From assembly GCA_951406725.2 (NCBI GenBank), contig OX597820.1:40424001-40488000 (forward strand): a stretch of DNA of 64,000 nt. The letters are read 5' to 3'. Position 1 is the first letter of the stretch; every line of letters begins with the position of its first letter. Of the stretch, positions 56,374 to 64,000 are shown piece after piece. The position numbers were made by a program, and so were the translations under genes. Source of the stretch: Octopus vulgaris (Eukaryota). The notes under the pieces are model-generated. The model searched no databases. It was not told the DNA's origin and saw nothing but the letters and a program-made list of their open reading frames with translations.

Positions 56374-58343
56374 TATATATGTTTATGCATATATTCCTAT
56401 TGATTCATTCTGTATATTCACATGTGTATGTGTGTGTGTGTGTGTGTACGCGTGAATGTATAATATATATCTATACTTTATATGTGTATACGTATGTTTG
56501 TGTATATGTACTTTTATATGTGCGTAATCACGTAAGCGCCAAGGAGCCCTTGTAATTACTTTCTGTATACAGACGTGTGTACGCGAGTGTTTGTGTGTAA
56601 CTTCGTGGAAGATTCACCAATATCAGTTGAAGAATTTTAATCAAATTTTTATTTTGTATGTTTGCTACATTCTTGCTTATCTCCTTGTCAGCATTTCAGT
56701 GTCCATATATCTATATTTCAATACTTCACATGTTTTGTTTGGACATGAAAAGAGATATGCAAATGAGAATATATATTTTTATATTTGTCAATATATATTC
56801 TTCACTCGAAAATAACTTTGATTACGTAGAAATATACATTATATGCATACGCATACATACAAATACACGCACGCACGTGCACACACACAAACACACACAC
56901 ATAGTGAGTGCAAAGGCATAGTTACACACATACATACACACACATATATATACATATATATACATACATATATATATATATATATATGTACATATTTGTG
57001 TGTGTGTGTGTATATATATATATGTGTGTGTGTGTATGTCTTTTGTATTCTAAATGAATATATATATACAAAATATTACGTGGTGTAAAACCATAACTTC
57101 ATTTTTAGTTTGTTGGGTGTATACTCTAAACCTTGAATGAAAAGATATAGAGAAAATTTACACAAGATCGTAATTGGAAAATGATTGGTAGAGTTACATG
57201 GAGAGATGCACATTCATGAGACTGAAATTGAGGCTATGGATCTTTTCTGTTTGGCGTCACTTTTTTAAGTTTTAAAATTAAGTGAAATTTTTCAAATTTG
57301 ATATATTGATGTAATTTCTGACGCTGAATCTGATGTTGTTAGTTACTTGTTCCAGAGAAATATTTAGAATAATGCTACGGATCTTTAAAGTTTGATCATT
57401 TTTACCCAATCAGAAAACAGGAGTTGGAAGCTGGCATTTTGTCCATGATGACATTACGACGACACAACATTCAACGACGGAACTTTTAATAAGTTTTAAT
57501 GAATAAAGTCTTGGAAATATTGGAACTGCATGTAATGCGAAAAATCACACTCCTCACCCACCACCACACAAAAAAATGAAACTGAACGTAAATTACGAAA
57601 AGACAAATGTTAAATTACAAAAAATGAAAAAAACCACAAATCACCTCTAGTCCAATTAATCTAACGATTAAACTGCTAGAAAAGGCAGTGAAGTCTCCTA
57701 GCAAAGAACACCATAACATCATAAAATGAGGAAGGACATACAACATTATGGAAGTCTTAGGTAAGCCTAAAACTGTGGGGCGTCCTGCATTAGATTATTC
57801 CATAACATACAAAGAACATACAACATTCTCCTCAGTTTTCAATTTTTCCATCATATACAAAAGTTGCACGAGTTGAGCAGACAGCTGAGAAAACTACACA
57901 ACAGCTTGACTTATTAATAGGGAAATATGTAGCAATATGTTTGTATCTTTCGTTTGGTTATAATTACCCCAAATTTGCAAACTTCAAAAGCTATTAAGAC
58001 AAAAGTGAATTCCCATTCCATATTTAACATACACATCTACATAAATACACCAAGTTTGAAAGCATTTGGGTGAAAAGTGTAAGAATTGAAAAATGAAACC
58101 GAAAGAGAAAGAGCCCTGGGCTATCTTTGGAAAGATATATGTATGTATATACTGATATACGTGCGTTAGTGCGAAATAAAAGATTATGTATGTATGAGGA
58201 TTCTTGATTTAATCTCACGCTATAAAGTGAGTGGAATCGATAGCAATTTGTATGCACGCATCTGTGAATGTATGTATGTGAGTGCACAAATGTGTACATC
58301 TATCGTAGTGTGTATGTGTGTATACTTCTATTTATACACTATT

Positions 58344-58673
58344 TAGCGGTTCTCAACTGTGGTCCATACGATATTTGGGAGAGTCCATGTAGCAATACTG
58401 TATATTGAGTCCACAGTAATATTTTCAGGGTAAATGAAAACAATTTTCCGTTAGTTGTGTGTATTTGTACGTAGTTGCAAGAGACAACTAGATTTCTTTC
58501 TCTAACATTTTACAAAGTTCAACTTGCACAAAATGAATGTGTGATAAACAAAATAGAAATTGTGAAAAAAGTTTGTATAAACTAATTTTTAAACATCGAA
58601 TGGCTATGGGGGTCCACCAGAATAAAATAGTAATCAAAGGGATCTATAGACAAAAAATGATTGTGAATCCCTG
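58344..58673. mobile_element. hAT-like non-autonomous element
   Basis: Ends TAGCGGTTCTCAAC / ATTGTGAATCCCTG; GGTCCA subterminal motifs. Confidence 0.55.
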
Positions 58674-58711
58674 ATAGAAATCAACCTGCATATATTTATA
58701 TATTTTTGCGT

Positions 58712-59015
58712 CCCCAAAGTCCATTCCCTCCTCACTCTGGTGGGGGACGCTGGCAACGGATAGTGTCAGAGCTATGCCGTCGGGAACTTCGGTTCCTGGT
58801 AGGGCCACCCAAGGTGGATTGGTTTGACACCGAATAGTATTAGGGCCACAACCCGGCTCTGGTGAAAATCCTTGGAGTAACTGCTTCGGCAACTGGCGGT
58901 TAATCGGACAATCTGCGGCAAACAGGATGTCGTCACATGCGGGATTGTTGGGGACCGCTTGCGAAATCCACATATTCCCACGAAATTCAACCTGCCCATG
59001 GTGAATGTTGTCACA
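58712..59015 (+). mobile_element. GC-rich fragment resembling an RTE-clade LINE 5' UTR
   Basis: GAGCTATGCCG...CCTGGTAGGGCCACCCAAGGTGGA resembles BovB/RTE 5' UTR sequence as I recall it. Confidence 0.5.
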
Positions 59016-59984
59016 AGTACAAGTAAGTAAGTATTTATAAGGGTGCGAGGGTGTTAATTCTTTTTGGATTGATAGCATCTTTATAACTGGTAAATTAACT
59101 GTGATGAGACAAAGAGCAGCTAAAATTAAGTTTATGAACAGACGAATGTACCAGCAGACAAGTTGGTATCTCGCTATGGCAACAAGTTGAATATGCACAA
59201 ATGACTTATTTTGAAGTAGAACGTTTACTGAACCTGGAGATAAGGAATTCTTCTAGTTCATATATTTGCAGCATTATTATTACCTTAGTGTGTTTAACTA
59301 TTACATAAAAAGTGAAACACGTCAATGCTAAAGTACAGACTGAGAAAGTGGTTTTATTAATTTATATTTTATATTTTTTTATTTCCATTGATTGCTTTTC
59401 AGGACATGAAGGGACACGGTATTTCGTTATGCAGCCATGATTTACTAAAAAGTGTAATCAGTAATATTTACGTGCCAGCTGCCAGCAATGTGATAATGTG
59501 TAAAATTGGTATATCCAATTATGTTACACCGCTGTATTTAGTGGCTGTTTAGGCAATGGGATCATGTCTGATTAAGGGGTTAAATGGGTGCTCATGAAAG
59601 AGTAAAATTTCGCGAAATATGGCATAGACGTCCATTACCCGCTTCTCATTTTCGATCTCATTTTCTGTTTATATTTGACGTCACAGATACGAAACATCGT
59701 AGCAAAAGTCGGTGCTGGCTATAACTTCTATCGAATATCTATATAGATAATCTTAAGAAGGGATTTGTTTATCTTATATTTTATATATTTTTTATTTGCA
59801 TCATTTTGTTTTGGCATTTTTGCCACCTGTATATCTCAATCTGCGTATTGTTCTTTGTCAAGGGAATCTTAAATTTAAAATATAGGTATAAAATAATGGG
59901 ACACAGTGATCTCAAAGCCGCTCGCCTGGTGAGTGTAGGTACACACCTATTGCTGGATCATCTCCTAACATAATAATGAGCGTA

Positions 59985-60022
<38 letters not shown>

Positions 60023-60023
60023 A

Positions 60024-60297
60024 TATCACGTGATGTAGTGACAGACCAGACCATCAGATGTTGTTACACATCGCTGGTCACAATGCGTTCGCATTATTTT
60101 AGCCTTCGAATGACGCCACCCCGCTGGTTAAGCGAGCAGGCCAACAGAAGAAAGAGTAGTGAAATAGTACAGCACCCCTGCCGGAGCCTCGTGGAGCTTT
60201 TAGGTGTTTTCGCTCAATAAACACTCACAACGCCCGGTCTAGGAATCGAAACCGCGATCCTACGACCGCGAGTCCGCTGCCCTAACCAATTGCGCCT

Positions 60298-60300
<3 letters not shown>
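60024..60300 (-). mobile_element. tRNA-derived SINE inside (TA)n
   Basis: Minus strand TGGAGGCGCAATTGGTTAGGGCAGCGGACTCGCGGTCGTAGGATCGCGGTTTCGATTCC has A- and B-box-like motifs, followed by a ~200-bp body. Confidence 0.75.
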
Positions 60301-60372
<72 letters not shown>

Positions 60373-60727
60373 TATTTGTCCAGAATCACGCCGGACGCGG
60401 AGGAAGAGAGAAAATAGTAATTCAGTGAAGGAGAAGTAGTGAGAGTAATAGTCCTGTCTGAGAGGGATTGAGGGAAAGTGATAGCAATGAGGGGTGATAT
60501 GTGAATAAGGAAGGAAGGGTGAAAAGAATCAGCGTTTCAACTGTGTGAGTATATGTGTGTATGTATGTGAGTGTACAAAGGGAAGTATGTGAATGTTTGT
60601 ATGTGTGATTATTATGCACCTTATTTTCTTACCTTAATTATATATAAAATCCTATAATTAGCCGTCATTATTGACGACCCGTGGTCAGCTTGTATTTACA
60701 TAATCCATTTAATGTATGTATATGTTA

Positions 60728-60869
60728 AGAAGTAATGTTTATCGCCATATCATTATGGCTCTTCCATAGGAATCGACATTAAAATACTATTTTAACCCCC
60801 AGGAAGAGCCTCTTCTACCTAGGATTCCTATGGAACAGCTATATTGATATGACGATAAACATTACTTCT
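60728..60869. mobile_element. Small foldback MITE with ~47-bp inverted arms
   Basis: 60728-60774 is reverse-complementary to 60823-60869 with a few mismatches. Confidence 0.7.
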
Positions 60870-61540
60870 CAGTATAGTTACTACGTTCATCTCTTACAGA
60901 TTTTCTCGGACTGGCTACTTTGCTTGTTATAAAATACTAAACACTCGGCAGTTAACAGCAGGTGCTAATGCACAAAAGCAGTTTTTATTTGTATTAAAGG
61001 CTGTTCATTTTATATTGTATTTACAATCACACTTATACACACACACACAGACACACACACACACACACGAACACGCACACACACGAAATGTACAATCGTT
61101 CGGCTAAGTTTTTCCTTCGGACACGGCTATCAATTTGCTTGGTATGAATTATCAATGTCAATATGTTTTTGGTAGTTTGTGTGTGAAAGTCTTAGTTGTT
61201 CAGCTTCCTTCTGTAGATGTCTTAAGATCTTAATTGACCTACTATAGAATTTTATTGCTGAAAAACACAATTTCTCGACATTTTATTGACTGCCTCGTCT
61301 TGAAGCAGTCATTCCTGAATTGTAGAGAAATTTAAATCATCAACTGTCTTGTCCCACGACACCCACCTATCTAATTATTTTGGTAAATAAAATATGTATT
61401 TCTTATATTTTATGTTATAAATGTTTAATTTATATGTTATTCATCTTTCTTTATTTCTATGTTCCTTCTTCTTGGTTTGCCTAGACTAAGGATGCTGAAT
61501 CCCTTAATTTCTCTCAAGCAGTTTATCTTAAATGATATGA

Positions 61541-61771
61541 GGTGGCGAGCTGGCAGAAACGTTAGCACGCCCGGCGAAATGCGTAGCCGTATTTCGTCTG
61601 CCGCTACGTTCTGAGTTCAAATTCCGCCGGGGTTAACTTTGCCTTTCATCCTTTCGGGGTCGATAAATTAAGTACCAGTTACCCACTGAGGTCGATATAA
61701 TCGACTTAATCCGTTTTTCTGTCCTTGTTAGTCCTCTCTGTGTTTAGCCCCTTGTGGGTAGTAAAGAAATA
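61541..61771 (+). mobile_element. Near full-length tRNA-derived SINE with Meta-like central domain
   Basis: GGCGAGCTGGCAGAAACGTTAGCACG head, GAGTTCAAATTCC B-box, GCCTTTCATCCTTTCGGGGTCGATAAATTAAGTACCAG; at least 6 relatives in the window. Confidence 0.82.
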
Positions 61772-62059
61772 CATATGAGGGTTTTCACATGCAAAGATAA
61801 AGTTTTAGAACCATAGTGTGTCTTTAATCTAATGGTTGCCTTTAGCTGACGCAACCAATGTAATTTTGTTCAGTTCCTGCTTCCCATATATTGTAGACAA
61901 GACTAAAAGACGCCCTGTCGGGTGGCTTTTAAGTTGGCTCCTGCGGTGGGCTCTTCGTTGGGATTTGGGTCCAACAATGACCCTTCATGCATTGAGTACA
62001 TATTAAATTTTATTCAAAAATATTTTACAAAGAATTAACAGTTTTTATCAAAACAATGA

Positions 62060-62700
62060 TATAATTTGTCTATTTGGAACTTATTGCAAAGCTGCATGAT
62101 AAACAACATTGTTGGTCTTCCCATTCGGAGTCAGTACAAATAGCTTGTTTCCATTCCCAACCCTTGGACATCCAACATAGAGCTGCTCTGAGAAAAGATA
62201 AAGCCCAGTTACTTTCAATGACTGTACCTGGGACCTATTGATTGACAGTGCATAGCTCAATCACACTGGAAACTGAAGACTTTTGAATTATCTCCACAAC
62301 GACTCGTTGCTCATTAGCATGAATGCCGCCGATTTGCATTGACTTTTTCGAGCCAAGCATAACATGTTGCTCGAGAGAAATTACTCCAGTCTACGATTGT
62401 AATTCTACTTTGTAGAGCAGATTCATGCATCATATCCTTTTTTAACATGTCACTTGACCAATAATAAATTATTAAAAGGATGTTATACAGGAACACATGA
62501 CTTTTATCACAGTATGACTCGTGACGGATTGATTTTTGCGTTTTACAAAGCTTACAGTGCCAAACTTTTCCGTTAATAATGTCACCACGTGTGATAAAGT
62601 CACATGGTGAATTGCAATATTCACAGGTGTACCTATTCATAATTAAACGGCGCCATGCCAACCATTGAAGATTGTTGCTGCATGATTCTGAAAATATGTT
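62060..62700 (-). mobile_element. Merlin (IS1016/ISXO2-like) transposase relic
   Basis: CEYC..GKVWHCKLCKTQKSIRHESY..ILLIIYYWS..TIVDWSNFSRATC; after a frameshift IGG..VVVEI and SIESNW. Confidence 0.75.
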
Positions 62701-64000
62701 GATATTCGACTATTCTTCTTACATTGTTTCACAATTGAGGATGTCCACTCGGGTACAATAAACTGCTGTGCCGCTGGTCTGCTCGATCGATTTCCAATCC
62801 CAAACCAAACTCATTTTGGTGTTATGTAAATTCATTTTGGTAAAGTAAATTAATTTGACTTACTTCCCTTTGCTTATTTAATTAATTATCTCCCCTTAAT
62901 TTTTATTTGCTTTTTGTTCAATCGTAATAAAAAATTGGGAATCCAAAATTTCAAGATTGCGTGTCCAGATTCGGCCCGTAATGTTTTTAATTTACTCATG
63001 GAGTCGACCTGATTCCAAAATGGTATAATGTGTTGGACTACGATCTGTAGGAGTAAAGTTGAAAAAGTATGACACACTGATACACTGATATTCGCATTTA
63101 TTATATTAGATATAAAGTGCAAATTTCGTGTGAATATTAGAGAGGTGGATTGTTGATGTAACCATGGTGTTCTGGTGACATGATGACTTCGTTTTCTTTA
63201 TTTGCATTAACTTATGTATATATAATTGTATTGAATAAATGCTAAGCACACATATTAATATATACATGTGTACATACTTTCTTCCATACTGAAATTAATA
63301 CTACATGGAAGACGTCACGAAACGGTCGTTATCCAATGAAAGTCACGTAGTTAAATATCTACTCACTTCCCATACTCCCAGACGTTATGTTTTTATACAT
63401 GCATAATACATGCGCACATACACACACACACATACACACACTCACACGCATACACACACACGTATAAATCTGGTGACGCATCCTTCATGTCAGGTGTATA
63501 CTGTTGATTGTCCTCCCGTCTTTCATTTGCCTTTAATTATACTCTAAGTTTACCACATGATGAAAAAAGAACGATCCATGTAGAGAATGTATTTCTATGT
63601 TGTTGTTTTTTTTTTGTTTTTTTGTGGTAACTAGTTTTTGTTCAGAAGTAAGTTGAACCCTTTGGATTGGTTCCGATTATTGGTTTGAAAGTATCTTCAG
63701 TTTGGAAAAATATGTTTAGAATTAGTTGTCCTAACTTCCTTAAGTGCCAAAATCTATGGTTAGATATGTGTTATTAGGTTGACTTCGTATTTTTAGGAGG
63801 TGTTCTTTTAGAGAGAATTATTGATATGTGTGTTGTTCTGTCGGTTATGTATCTATTATAAACTTAAATTGTGGAATGTTGACCTGAGAAGAAAGGAACG
63901 TAGTGTTTCCTTAGTCAGTACTGAGATTTGTGGTGCTGCGAGAATTGTGTGTTTGTTCTCTTCCAATTAGAAATTTTGAAGTGTGCCTTATGGATAGGTC

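Noticed and set aside
58644-59198. 184-aa minus-strand ORF as a host exon
   Set aside because: No recognisable domain; it overlaps a hAT end and is better explained as antisense to an RTE-like 5' region.
60225-60300. tRNA gene
   Set aside because: The cloverleaf is incomplete and continues into a SINE body.

Overview
AT-rich eukaryotic genomic DNA dense in microsatellites and transposon relics. The SINE and microsatellite make-up suggests an Octopus-type cephalopod (inference). I found no convincing host gene: most ORF-track entries are translated microsatellites, and the real coding remnants belong to mobile elements. These include four R4/Dong-like LINE copies next to (TAA)n tracts, a CR1-like LINE, Tx1/L1 and CRE-like fragments, several Penelope-like element (PLE) fragments, mariner/Tc1, Merlin and hAT relics, and many tRNA-derived SINEs. 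The main finding is a 6.7-kb, almost perfectly homogeneous tandem array of a 534-bp non-coding unit (8218-14916, about 12.5 copies). Every unit carries a type I hammerhead ribozyme with an intact core (13 copies). The array has a 67-bp inverted piece of the unit at its 5' end and sits between (TA)n tracts. This fits a retrozyme-like element that makes circular RNA and is copied by PLE machinery. Also notable are degenerate hammerheads in other PLE relics, a 1.65-kb inverted duplication (23117-24770) and the co-oriented Dong cluster. Everything was read by eye; no folding or database search was run.
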